Source of the DNA: Acidimicrobiales bacterium
GTDB lineage: Bacteria; Actinomycetota; Acidimicrobiia; Acidimicrobiales; Bog-793
Direction of reading: 5' to 3'
Assembly (NCBI GenBank): GCA_050015175.1
Contig: JBEKBX010000015.1
Coordinates: 76,463 to 140,462 of the forward strand
Length of the DNA: 64,000 bases
Position numbers and translations under genes: made by a program. Numbering within the stretch: the stretch's first letter is position 1; each line of letters opens with the position of its first letter. The notes under the pieces are model-generated. The model was given only the letters and a program-made list of their open reading frames with translations, did not search any database and was not told the DNA's origin. Below are positions 50,960-59,396 of this stretch, piece after piece.

Positions 50960-51736
50960 GTGGGGATACTCGAAGGCAAGCGCATTCTGGTCACCGGAGT
51001 GCTGACGGATGACTCTCTCGCGTTCGGCGCGGCCCGACTCGCTCAGGAGCAGGGAGCCGAGGTGGCACTCACCGGCTTCGGTCGAGGCCTCTCACTCACA
51101 AGCCGAGCGGCCCGCAAGCTTCCAGCACCGGTAGAGGTCTACGAGCTCGACGTCACAGTGGAGGAACAGGCGCACGAGGTGGCTTCAGAGCTCGCGAATC
51201 GATGGGGCGGACTGGATGGCGTCGTCCATGCGATCGGCTACGCACCTGACAGCTGCCTGGGCAACGGCGTCCTCGCGTCAGGTTGGGAGGACGTGGCGAC
51301 GGCGGTGGAGGTCTCGGCCTACTCGCTCAAGGTCCTCGCCGCGGCGTTTGCGCCCCTCCTCAGCAAAGCGGCGGGCGGAGGATCCATCGTCGGCTTCGAC
51401 TTCGACGCCTCCGTTGCCTGGCCCGGCTACGACTGGATGGGCGTCGCCAAGGCGGCGCTCGAATCCCTCGCCCGCTACCTCGCCCGCGACCTGGGACCAA
51501 GTGGAATCCGAGTCAACCTCGTCGCGGCGGGCCCGATCAGCACCGTGGCAGCAAGGTCGATTCCCAGTTTCGAGCGATTCGAGAGCGTGTGGAACGCGCG
51601 TGCCCCCCTCGGTTGGGACGTCCGCGATTCCGAAGCGGTCGCACGGGCCTGTGTCGCGCTCTTGTCGAACTGGTTCCCACGCACAACCGGAGAAATCATC
51701 CACGTGGACGGAGGATTCCACGCCACCGGGGTGTGA
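50960..51736 (+). CDS. fabI: Enoyl-[acyl-carrier-protein] reductase (NADH), FabI/InhA type
   Basis: 'GKRILVTGVLTDDSLAFG' and 'GYDWMGVAKAALESLARYLA'. GTG start. Confidence 0.9.
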   Translation: MGILEGKRILVTGVLTDDSLAFGAARLAQEQGAEVALTGFGRGLSLTSRAARKLPAPVEVYELDVTVEEQAHEVASELANRWGGLDGVVHAIGYAPDSCLGNGVLASGWEDVATAVEVSAYSLKVLAAAFAPLLSKAAGGGSIVGFDFDASVAWPGYDWMGVAKAALESLARYLARDLGPSGIRVNLVAAGPISTVAARSIPSFERFESVWNARAPLGWDVRDSEAVARACVALLSNWFPRTTGEIIHVDGGFHATGV

Positions 51737-51791
51737 CAGCTCCAGCGCAGACAGCGAACCCGATTCGGCAGAGGACTAGAACAGCCCATGG

Positions 51792-51829
51792 CGCGTCCAC
51801 GGGTGGGCGCTCAGCCACCCGTGGACGCG
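51792..51829 (+). terminator. Strong hairpin downstream of fabI
   Basis: 15-bp perfect stem CGCGTCCACGGGTGG / CCACCCGTGGACGCG with an 8-nt loop. No U-tract. Confidence 0.5.
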
Positions 51830-51952
51830 ACTTGCTCGGAGAGCCCTCGACACCCACAGACGGGGCGCGGACACACCGCGGTAGTGTTGGGCCGCCCTTC
51901 CGGACGGCGGTCGGTTCAGGCCGTCGGTCCTAGAGGTGAAGATGCTTGACCG

Positions 51953-52027
51953 GGCGGCGTGGCCGAGTGGTTTAGGCAAGGGCCTGCAAAGCCCTGTACC
52001 CCAGTTCGATTCTGGGCGCCGCCTCCA
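51953..52027 (+). tRNA. tRNA-Cys (GCA)
   Basis: Hand-folded cloverleaf. Acceptor GGCGGCG/CGCCGCC. Anticodon stem AGGGC/GCCCT with loop CTGCAAA. T-arm CCCAG-TTCGATT-CTGGG. Encoded CCA. Confidence 0.9.
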
Positions 52028-52110
52028 GTAAACTCCCTGGTAAAAGGCCTACACTTAAGTCCTGGCCGCTTCATACTCTGGTTCGTTGGCGCGAGGATGG
52101 CGCGGGACCT

Positions 52111-53241
52111 TCAGGGACGCAGGCGCACTATCCCGGACTTGGGCGCCCGTTTGGCCTCGGCGATGACAGCCCCTAAGAAGTCCGCGACGGCTCGGTCGCG
52201 CTCCGCGGTGGCGTGTTGGTAGATGAGCGCCGCCCGCGGGCTCGCGTGGCCCATCCGTGACATCACCTCTTTGGTCGTGATCCCCGGCATGCGGGCCGTG
52301 GTTCTACCCGCGAAGTGCCTTAGGTCGTGCGGGTGCACGCCCTCTATCCCTACGACGGCGCAAGCGGCGTGCCAGGCGTTCGACAGGTCCGAACGACGCA
52401 GCGGCCGTCCCGAGGGTCGGGTGAACACGTAGGCCTCAGGTTCGGGGGCGACGTAGGCGTCCAGGTGGTTACGCAGTTCGTCTCGGATCTCGGCAGGCAG
52501 CACCACGGTGCGATCTCCTGCCTCAGACTTGGGTGGCGTCAAAATGCGCCCCTGCCCGGTGATCTCGTGCGCCTCGCGTTGGACGTGCACGGTTGAGTGC
52601 AACAAGTCGATGTCACCACGCTGCAAGCCCAACAGCTCACCCGGTCGGAGCGTGCCGAATCCTGCAACAAGGACAAGAACGCGAAGCCGTGGAGCGATGG
52701 CGTCCGCGAGGTCGAACACCGTGGAGGTGTCGAGCATCGGCCGTTCGGTCGCGTGCTCGACGCCGGCGCCCTTGATCCCACACGGGTTGCGCGCGATCAG
52801 CTCGTCGCTGACGGCCGTCATGAGGATGGCGCGAAGCAGGCGGTACGACTTCGCGGCCTGATCGCTCCCCCTTTCGGCCGTGACCTTGCTGTGCCACTCC
52901 CGAACACGTTCGGGTGTGATCTGGCGCAACTTGGTCCTTCCGAAATGCAGGCCTATGTTGCGCCTGAGCAGCGCCTCGTAACCCTGCCGGGTCATCGGTG
53001 TGAGCGGTCGACCCTTGACGAGACGAGTCTCGAGCCAATCCGCGGCGTACTCGCCGAACACCCGCTCGCCGCCCTTCGGGTCGATTACCAACCCGGCCAG
53101 CTCGTCGGCGTGAACCTTCTTCAGCCGAGACTTGGCGTCCTTCTCCGTGCGGAACGTGTCGGTGCGGCGCTTGCCGTTGACGAGATAGCGCACGTCATAG
53201 CGCGGCCCGTCGTTCGTCTCTCGCTTGCGCACGTAGCCCAT
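52111..53241 (-). CDS. int: Tyrosine-type site-specific integrase
   Basis: 'HPHDLRHFAG' and 'GHASPRAALIYQH' C-terminal catalytic motifs. 83 nt from the 3' end of tRNA-Cys. Confidence 0.92.
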   Translation of the reverse strand: MGYVRKRETNDGPRYDVRYLVNGKRRTDTFRTEKDAKSRLKKVHADELAGLVIDPKGGERVFGEYAADWLETRLVKGRPLTPMTRQGYEALLRRNIGLHFGRTKLRQITPERVREWHSKVTAERGSDQAAKSYRLLRAILMTAVSDELIARNPCGIKGAGVEHATERPMLDTSTVFDLADAIAPRLRVLVLVAGFGTLRPGELLGLQRGDIDLLHSTVHVQREAHEITGQGRILTPPKSEAGDRTVVLPAEIRDELRNHLDAYVAPEPEAYVFTRPSGRPLRRSDLSNAWHAACAVVGIEGVHPHDLRHFAGRTTARMPGITTKEVMSRMGHASPRAALIYQHATAERDRAVADFLGAVIAEAKRAPKSGIVRLRP

Positions 53242-53829
53242 GACGGCACCTTAGCGAGTACAGGGCTTCTAGTACAGGGTATTTCCGCGCCATTGCCATG
53301 CTAGTCGGGCGATGAGTGGCCAAAGCGAACGCCCATCACCGTTAGCGCACCGGCCGGTCCGGCGCTCGCTCCCGCGGTCAAGACGTGCCCTTGGTGCCTA
53401 CGCGGCGGCGGGCAACTCGTAGCTCGGGTACCTGCGCCCCGAGCGACGGATCGAAGGTGTAGTAACGGGTTCGTAGTGAAGCCAGCAGGTGCAAGCGACG
53501 CGATTTTCATCTCGGATCGGGCGATCAGCAAGCCGTGCCGGCTTCGTCTCACGCGGGCCGATGACGAGTTGCCGTCCCGCCGGCCCCTATCGCGAACTAT
53601 CCAAGCTCACCAATCTCAACCCAAAGCTCCAACGCCAATCCAAGTCCATGACCGGCATGCCGAGCGAGCCGGAGCGACCTGCTCGCCAGCGCTGAGCTCT
53701 CCACCTCCGGCGAGAAATCCCCCGCGTTGTTGGGTGATGCCGTAGCAGGCCGCGGCGACGGCACCCGACCACACCCATCGAGCTTGCCGCCGGTGCGTGC
53801 GGAAGGCGGGGGAGACAGGGTCCTGCGCA

Positions 53830-55215
53830 TTACTTCTTGACCGATCGGTCCTCGGCGCTGGGCTTTGACAATGGCAGGTTTCGCAGATACGACCAATGCC
53901 AGGTTTTCCCACTGCTGTCGGTGATGCCCACGATGAGATGGTTGAGATTGTCAGGAGCCGATGCGCGCACGGTGTCCACTGCCAGGGCTGCCCAACTGCC
54001 GTTAGCAACTAGAGATTGAGGCAGGACGAAATCGACGTGACCGAAGAACGGTGCCTGAATAGAGTCCTTACTCCAGTAGGGGAAGACACCGGACCACTTC
54101 AACCCGGCATCAGTCGTGCGCTCGACGGATCCGGGCAACGCTCCGTTCCAATCGCGCCACAGCCAGGCCTGCTGCTTACTCGTGACGACGACCTGCCCGA
54201 CCTGGAACCAACCCCTCCACTTGAACTGCCAACTGTTGCCACTGTCGAAGGACACGTACGAGCGCGCTGGGAGCAGGCCGGGCATCGTGTCAAAGGCGCC
54301 TGTTGGGCACAGCAGCCAGAGCGCTTGTTTTATCCCGGTCAGGTAGAAGGAACCCCATCGTCTGGTACTCGTACACGGAGTCGTCCGCTTCACCCACGAT
54401 CGGCCTGCGTCGCTCGTGGTCCAGTAGTAACTGGGGGCTGCAACCTGGGACACGGGATCTTGCGCCTCGCTGAGATACACGGTCGAAGCGGAAAGAGGGA
54501 GAAGCTGCCAGTTGCAACTCGTGCCAAGGCGCGGCTGGTTCTTCACCGGTACCGGCAAAGCGCTGTCGCCGGACGACAAGAGAACCTCGGACCGGCAGTG
54601 ACTGGGCGGACCGAAACCCACTGACTCGACCATCCACGTTCGCCTGCCGGAGGTGGCGAGTGACAGCACGCTTCCGATCGTCGAAACCTCCTGCCAGTTC
54701 GCACCACTGTCGCTGGTTCGCCGTAGCACGCTCCCGCCCCACCACCAGCCGTCGCTCCGGGAATTGAAGGAAAGGTTGGAAGGGTTCACGGCCACGTCCG
54801 AGGGACCTGGTGGCTCACGCAGGGCAAGCCAGGTCTGGCCGCCGTTTGTGGTCCGTTCCAACAACGCCGAAGTGCCGTTAGCGCTCGCGCCCGTGACGAA
54901 TGCAAACCCTTCCTTGCTGCTCGGAAAGGTGAGCGACGTGACTGACCAATGGCCGATGAAGTTGATCGAGCTGGCTGATGCCGAGAATTGACCTGTAGGA
55001 GAACCTCGTCCCGGCTCAGGCGAGGTGGGAACGACCCGCTTCGGCCCGGTCCTGGCCGGCCAGCCTGTTGCCCCCACAGATGCCACAATCGCTGCCACGA
55101 GGACCACTACGGCAGCAATCGCCCACCGCCGGCGGACCTGACGTCGCCTGGCTTCTTTGATGAGAGCCGCGGCCTCCAGTACCAGGGAATCGGGTTCGTC
55201 CTGAACAACAGACAT
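53830..55215 (-). CDS. Membrane-anchored Asp-box (BNR) repeat beta-propeller protein
   Basis: N-terminal TM 'WAIAAVVVLVAAIVASVGA'. Asp-box-like repeats 'TTNGGQTW', 'TSDSGANW', 'TSDAGRSW', 'SFDSGNSW', 'TTDAGLKW', 'DSSGKTW'. Confidence 0.7.
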   Translation of the reverse strand: MSVVQDEPDSLVLEAAALIKEARRRQVRRRWAIAAVVVLVAAIVASVGATGWPARTGPKRVVPTSPEPGRGSPTGQFSASASSINFIGHWSVTSLTFPSSKEGFAFVTGASANGTSALLERTTNGGQTWLALREPPGPSDVAVNPSNLSFNSRSDGWWWGGSVLRRTSDSGANWQEVSTIGSVLSLATSGRRTWMVESVGFGPPSHCRSEVLLSSGDSALPVPVKNQPRLGTSCNWQLLPLSASTVYLSEAQDPVSQVAAPSYYWTTSDAGRSWVKRTTPCTSTRRWGSFYLTGIKQALWLLCPTGAFDTMPGLLPARSYVSFDSGNSWQFKWRGWFQVGQVVVTSKQQAWLWRDWNGALPGSVERTTDAGLKWSGVFPYWSKDSIQAPFFGHVDFVLPQSLVANGSWAALAVDTVRASAPDNLNHLIVGITDSSGKTWHWSYLRNLPLSKPSAEDRSVKK

Positions 55216-55229
55216 CTCCGCCAGACCTC

Positions 55230-55571
55230 CTATGAGACCTGCTCGATCAGCTTTGCGATCTCGTCCGGTCGATAGCCGAGACGCCGTGCCATCGACACGA
55301 GCTCTTGGGCTTTCACGACGAGAGCGCCGTGTTCGGGTGCGGCCCCGCTGACGGTGACTCCTCGTCCCCGGCGAAACTCCAGCAGTCCCTCCTCCCGAAG
55401 GGTGTGAAGGGCACGCAGGACGGTGTTCCTGTTCACCCCCAGTACAGCCGCGAGGTCGAAGGCTGGTGGGAGGCGGTCTCCGGGGTTCGCCTCACCGTCG
55501 GCGATGGCACGCCGGACGGCCGCGGCGACCTGCTCGTGCAGAGGAATGGCGCTGCCGAGATCGATGTCCGT
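55230..55571 (-). CDS. GntR-family (short, YtrA-like) transcriptional regulator (proposed ACG start)
   Basis: In-frame 'IPLHEQVAAAVRRAIADGEANPGDRLPPAFDLAAVLGVNRNTVLRALHTLREEGLLEFRRGRGVTV'. The first canonical start (GTG 55436) would cut the wHTH in half. Confidence 0.75.
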   Translation of the reverse strand, partial: TDIDLGSAIPLHEQVAAAVRRAIADGEANPGDRLPPAFDLAAVLGVNRNTVLRALHTLREEGLLEFRRGRGVTVSGAAPEHGALVVKAQELVSMARRLGYRPDEIAKLIEQVS

Positions 55572-55630
55572 GAAGAAATAATACTATTAAACCTAGTACA
55601 ACTCAACCGCAGCCAGCCGCGTCACCTCTG

Positions 55631-55701
55631 CCGGGGGCGTCCCGCACAGGGGCGAACGCACGAAGGACGGAAGGGGGGTTCCGGCCTACGGACGCCCCCG
55701 G
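55631..55701. repeat. 12-bp perfect inverted repeat flanking a 47-nt GC-rich spacer
   Basis: CCGGGGGCGTCC (55631-55642) and GGACGCCCCCGG (55690-55701), between the 752-aa propeller gene stop and the gntR promoter region. Possible terminator. Confidence 0.4.
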
Positions 55702-55738
55702 GACTGCGGTCATTGTGGCCCCTCCTCGGTGGGGACGG

Positions 55739-57997
55739 TCAGCTCACGGCGGCCCAACGTCGTCCTCCGTCGGTCGTGCGCCAGAGCGCGGGTTGGACCG
55801 CCGTTGGCACGCCGGGGGCGAAGTCGGTTCCGACCAGCATCCAACCGACGGCGGGTTGACCGGGAAGGAACTGGATAGCAACGGGTCCAAGCCCCACGGG
55901 CCACTGTGCTCCGGCGAGCCGTGTTTCGGTCATCGATCGCGGCAGCAAGTACCTGGTCCAGGTGTGCCCACGGTCGAGCGTCTTAAGGAGACCGGTCGCC
56001 AGCACGAGCGCTTCCGGCTCTCCGAGGGCGTCCCCGAACCTTGTCAGCCACAACCAGGCGGCGTCGGGGCTGAGCGCCTCGATGTCGTAGCCGGGCGTGC
56101 TCGGGGCCTCTTCTCCTACGGTGGGGACCGAAGCGAGGACGGACCAGTGACTACCAGCGTCGAGCGTCGCGTCAAGTGTCGCCGGGCAACCCGGGAATGC
56201 GGCTCCCGAAACGAGCCAGCCCCCTCGTCCGGCAAAGCTCGTGGCGATGACCGGGCCCGCTCCGACGGAAAGCTTCGTAACCGTCCAAGCCCTTCCTCCG
56301 TTTGAGGTATCGAGCAGGAGGTTGGGGCGACTCGCCGCGCAAGGCAGCGAAACGGCGCTGGCCTGTGAGGGGACGACAATGCGTGCCCGGGCGATCGAGA
56401 TCGCTTGGAGAGCGCCGGGGCCCAGCGGTAGCTTTGCCAAGGTCATTGCTGTGTTGTCCGGGAGCGGGACCGTCGCCTCCCAGCGGAGGCCACCGTCGGC
56501 CGTCGTCAAGACCTCGGCTGTGCCCCCTCCCGTTTCGCCGGTGATGACCAGTGCCCAACCGTGGACCGCGTCGGTGAAATCGACGCCGAGGAATTCGCTC
56601 CCGATCGCGCTCACCTGCCGCCAGGTGCGGCCCCCGTTGCTCGTCGCAAGCAGTGCGCCCGGATCGGCGATCGTGCCCCAGCCGAAACCCATTCTGGAGG
56701 AGACGAAGTCGATTCCGTTCACTGGGCTCGATGCCGGCAAGACCTGCGTCCAGTCGAGGCCGGCGTCTACGGTGCGTAACACCGATGTGGAGCTCACCGC
56801 CCAGCCTTTGGCGGACGGGATAACCATAGAGGTGGGCGTTGCAGCGAAGCCGGCGGTCCGGAGCAGGTGCCAGGTGCGGCCGCCGTCGCCTGTTTCGTCG
56901 ACATGGTCGCGCTCGACCGGGCACTGGCCCTCGGTGCCGAGGTTCACGAGGATCTTGCCGTGCGGGCCAGCTGCCACAGCGCCGATGGGAGTGCCACACC
57001 CGAAGAAAGTCCCAGGAAGAGTGGCCGATGACCAGGCCTCGCCCCCGTCCGCGGTTGTCAGCACCTCGTCTAGGCCACAACCGTGCATCGCGCAGGTTGA
57101 CGAGGAGAACAGCGTGATGGCGCCGAAGTTGGCGGACGCGAAGACAATCTGGGTCGCGATGTCGGACGGGATCGGAAGCTCCGAACGAGGTCGCACCAAA
57201 CCGAGCCGCACCCAACTCTTCCCGTCGTTGCTGCTCTGCAGGACTCGCACCCAGCTCGAGCTCGCCCGAGCGCTGTCCGCCGAGGTTCGTGCCTCGACTG
57301 CCCATGTGGTCCGCCCCAACGATGTGAGCGCGATGACCGGTGAGGCCGTCTGCAGGACCGTCGTCCAGTGCATTCCGGCGTCGACCGTGCGCTCGATGCG
57401 ACCGCGACACGGTGCTGGCGGCACAGGCTCACTGCTCGACGACGCCTTGCACGCATCGACAGCCACGAAGCCGACGAGTGGCGAGACAAAGGTCATCGAC
57501 CAGATCGGTGGCAGATCTCGGCCGACAGCCGACCAGTGTCGCCCCGCGTCGGTAGTCGAGAGAAGCACGTGGCACGGGCGCAACAGGCCGCCGGTCCCGC
57601 ACGCGGGGCTCGATGCCAGGTTGCCGAGGAGGAAGCCGTCGGACGCAGAAGAAAACGCGAGCGTCGTGCCGAGAACCGCCCCCGTCGAACCGACGCGCCA
57701 CTGGGCTCCGCCGTCAGTCGTCCTCGCAAAGATCCCCGTGCACTTTGGCGAGCATGTTGAACCGGTGACGAACCCGGCGTCCGTGCCCGCTGCGGCCACC
57801 GCGGCGTAGCTCGTGGCTTGGTCCTGCACCGTCGCCGGCGAGAACTCGGCGTGCACCACTTTCGTCACGCAGAGGGTCCCGTCCGAGTGAGCTGCGCACG
57901 TCTGCCCCCTTGTCGAGGCAGATGTGGCGGTGTTCGTTGCGACCGCGATGTCGATCGTCGCCAGGACGACTGCCGCGATAACGCGATAGCGATGCGT
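55739..57997 (-). CDS. Secreted tandem beta-propeller protein with about 13 Asp-box repeats (GH74/sortilin-Vps10-like) (proposed ACG start)
   Basis: Repeats 'TTDGGAQW', 'TTDAGRHW', 'TVDAGMHW', 'SNDGKSW', 'TADGGEAW', 'TGDGGRTW', 'TVDAGLDW', 'TSNGGRTW', 'TADGGLRW', 'TSNGGRAW', 'TLDAGSHW', 'TLDRGHTW', 'TTDGGRRW'. A signal-peptide-like segment lies upstream of GTG 57868. Confidence 0.75.
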   Translation of the reverse strand, partial: THRYRVIAAVVLATIDIAVATNTATSASTRGQTCAAHSDGTLCVTKVVHAEFSPATVQDQATSYAAVAAAGTDAGFVTGSTCSPKCTGIFARTTDGGAQWRVGSTGAVLGTTLAFSSASDGFLLGNLASSPACGTGGLLRPCHVLLSTTDAGRHWSAVGRDLPPIWSMTFVSPLVGFVAVDACKASSSSEPVPPAPCRGRIERTVDAGMHWTTVLQTASPVIALTSLGRTTWAVEARTSADSARASSSWVRVLQSSNDGKSWVRLGLVRPRSELPIPSDIATQIVFASANFGAITLFSSSTCAMHGCGLDEVLTTADGGEAWSSATLPGTFFGCGTPIGAVAAGPHGKILVNLGTEGQCPVERDHVDETGDGGRTWHLLRTAGFAATPTSMVIPSAKGWAVSSTSVLRTVDAGLDWTQVLPASSPVNGIDFVSSRMGFGWGTIADPGALLATSNGGRTWRQVSAIGSEFLGVDFTDAVHGWALVITGETGGGTAEVLTTADGGLRWEATVPLPDNTAMTLAKLPLGPGALQAISIARARIVVPSQASAVSLPCAASRPNLLLDTSNGGRAWTVTKLSVGAGPVIATSFAGRGGWLVSGAAFPGCPATLDATLDAGSHWSVLASVPTVGEEAPSTPGYDIEALSPDAAWLWLTRFGDALGEPEALVLATGLLKTLDRGHTWTRYLLPRSMTETRLAGAQWPVGLGPVAIQFLPGQPAVGWMLVGTDFAPGVPTAVQPALWRTTDGGRRWAAVS

Positions 57998-58103
57998 GCC
58001 GTCACACTCTCATAGCGCTTGAGACAATTGTTGTCGCCTCCATGCAGTTATGAAGCCTCACGGTGAATTGGTCCGTTGACTGTGGTCTGCGTCGCTGCGC
58101 GCT

Positions 58104-59297
58104 CTAGAGGGAAAGCGACCCGAAGTCATCGCCATGGCACATGTTCAGGCTGAGTTCGTCACTCGGTGACGAGCTGGCGTTGGCCACGACTGCCCTTCCT
58201 GCTGCGAAGCGGAGCAGGAATGACGCAGGAACGAGTCGGTGGTTGGCACAGGTACCGCCAGTCAGGTTCAGCAGTCCCAGCATTTCGCCGAGAGGGACTT
58301 GACCGGCCACGATCGGATTGGCTCGAGGGCTGAGCACGAGAAGGGACTGTTGAACTCCGAGATCGGTCATGAGACCCACCGCCGCCGTGATCGTCCGGGT
58401 GACGGGCTTGCCGGCGGCGTTCAGGCCAGTCGCCTTAACGGTGCTCGGGAAGAGGCAGGCGCGACGCGAAACGTCCCGGGCAACGATGGAGCCCACGTCC
58501 TGGAAGCTGTTAACGGCGCCACCACCTACGTACTGGAACGCCACGTCGGCCGATGAGCAGGTTGGCTCCGGGCCGACAGCGATGACGAGGTCCAACTGGC
58601 TGCCGATCCCGGGAAAGCCCGCCGGTGGGTACTGCAACAGGACGCTCCCGAACTTCACAGAAGGATCGACCTCGTCGCCGGCGTCACCTGCAGCAAAGCC
58701 TTTATCAGCGGCAACTCGGCCCGCCTTTACGAGCGGGAGTCCCTCGACGTCCGGGGCTAGGGCACCGGGGAGGCGGGCCCCGGCGAGCCCAGCCGTTGCG
58801 ACAAGGGTGGAAGTGAGCGTGGCGTCGAGCACTCTGGCGTTTCTGCCCAGGTAGGCAAGCGGTCGAGGACAGCCAAACTCGACGACGTCGACGGCGACCT
58901 CTTCGCGAGAGGAGGTGTAGCCGAACAGCAGCACCACGTCGGGGGGGATCGCCGCACATCGCTTCGTCAGGGCGTCCCCTGGCGGTGCCTCGTTGATCAG
59001 GACAGTGAGGGCGTTTGCGGCGTAGGCGCCGAGGAGGACTCCGTCCCTCGGTCGTTTCGAGATCGTCTTCGACGGGCCGCAGAGCCGGACCGCGGTCGCC
59101 CCGGACGGCACCTCGGATGGCTCGTTGTTGGCGACCGTCTTCGGCTGTCGCGCCGGCTGACCTTCGCAAAGGCTCGGGGCGACATATTTGCGCGAGGCGA
59201 CGTCTTGGTGGATGGATGAGACGGCAGTCGCGCAAGCGCCGAGGAGCAACGCCAGGACCATTGCGCCGATCGCGCCGAACTCGCGCACCGTGCTCAT
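58104..59297 (-). CDS. Putative lipoprotein with a PASTA-like segment
   Basis: 'MSTVREFGAIGAMVLALLLGAC' (lipobox-like). 'PDVEGLPLVKAGRVAADKGFA...GSVLLQYPPAGFPGIGSQLDLVIAVG' resembles a PASTA domain. Confidence 0.55.
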   Translation of the reverse strand: MSTVREFGAIGAMVLALLLGACATAVSSIHQDVASRKYVAPSLCEGQPARQPKTVANNEPSEVPSGATAVRLCGPSKTISKRPRDGVLLGAYAANALTVLINEAPPGDALTKRCAAIPPDVVLLFGYTSSREEVAVDVVEFGCPRPLAYLGRNARVLDATLTSTLVATAGLAGARLPGALAPDVEGLPLVKAGRVAADKGFAAGDAGDEVDPSVKFGSVLLQYPPAGFPGIGSQLDLVIAVGPEPTCSSADVAFQYVGGGAVNSFQDVGSIVARDVSRRACLFPSTVKATGLNAAGKPVTRTITAAVGLMTDLGVQQSLLVLSPRANPIVAGQVPLGEMLGLLNLTGGTCANHRLVPASFLLRFAAGRAVVANASSSPSDELSLNMCHGDDFGSLSL

Positions 59298-59396
59298 GGT
59301 CTCACCAAACGTCCACGTAGCGCGTTCGCGCTCTAGGCCCGCACACAGACGCCCACGTTCGCCCACCTGAAGGCGTCGAAACCACGAGAAGTCAGC

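Noticed and set aside
53242-53829. Excisionase or small HTH gene next to the integrase
   Set aside because: All three minus-strand and the plus-strand frames were translated by eye. None gives a convincing HTH_17/Xis-like sequence or a start with an SD.
57691-57712. Possible attR: CTGGGCTCCGCC resembling the tRNA-Cys 3' segment CTGGGCGCCGCC
   Set aside because: It is only a 12-nt match with one mismatch, lies inside a coding region, and lacks the flanking T-loop and CCA sequence. It is most likely chance in GC-rich DNA.
59321-59334. Palindrome AGCGCG-TT-CGCGCT upstream of the lipoprotein gene as an operator
   Set aside because: It is short, GC-only and lies within an alternative 5' extension of the ORF. 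It cannot be distinguished from chance.
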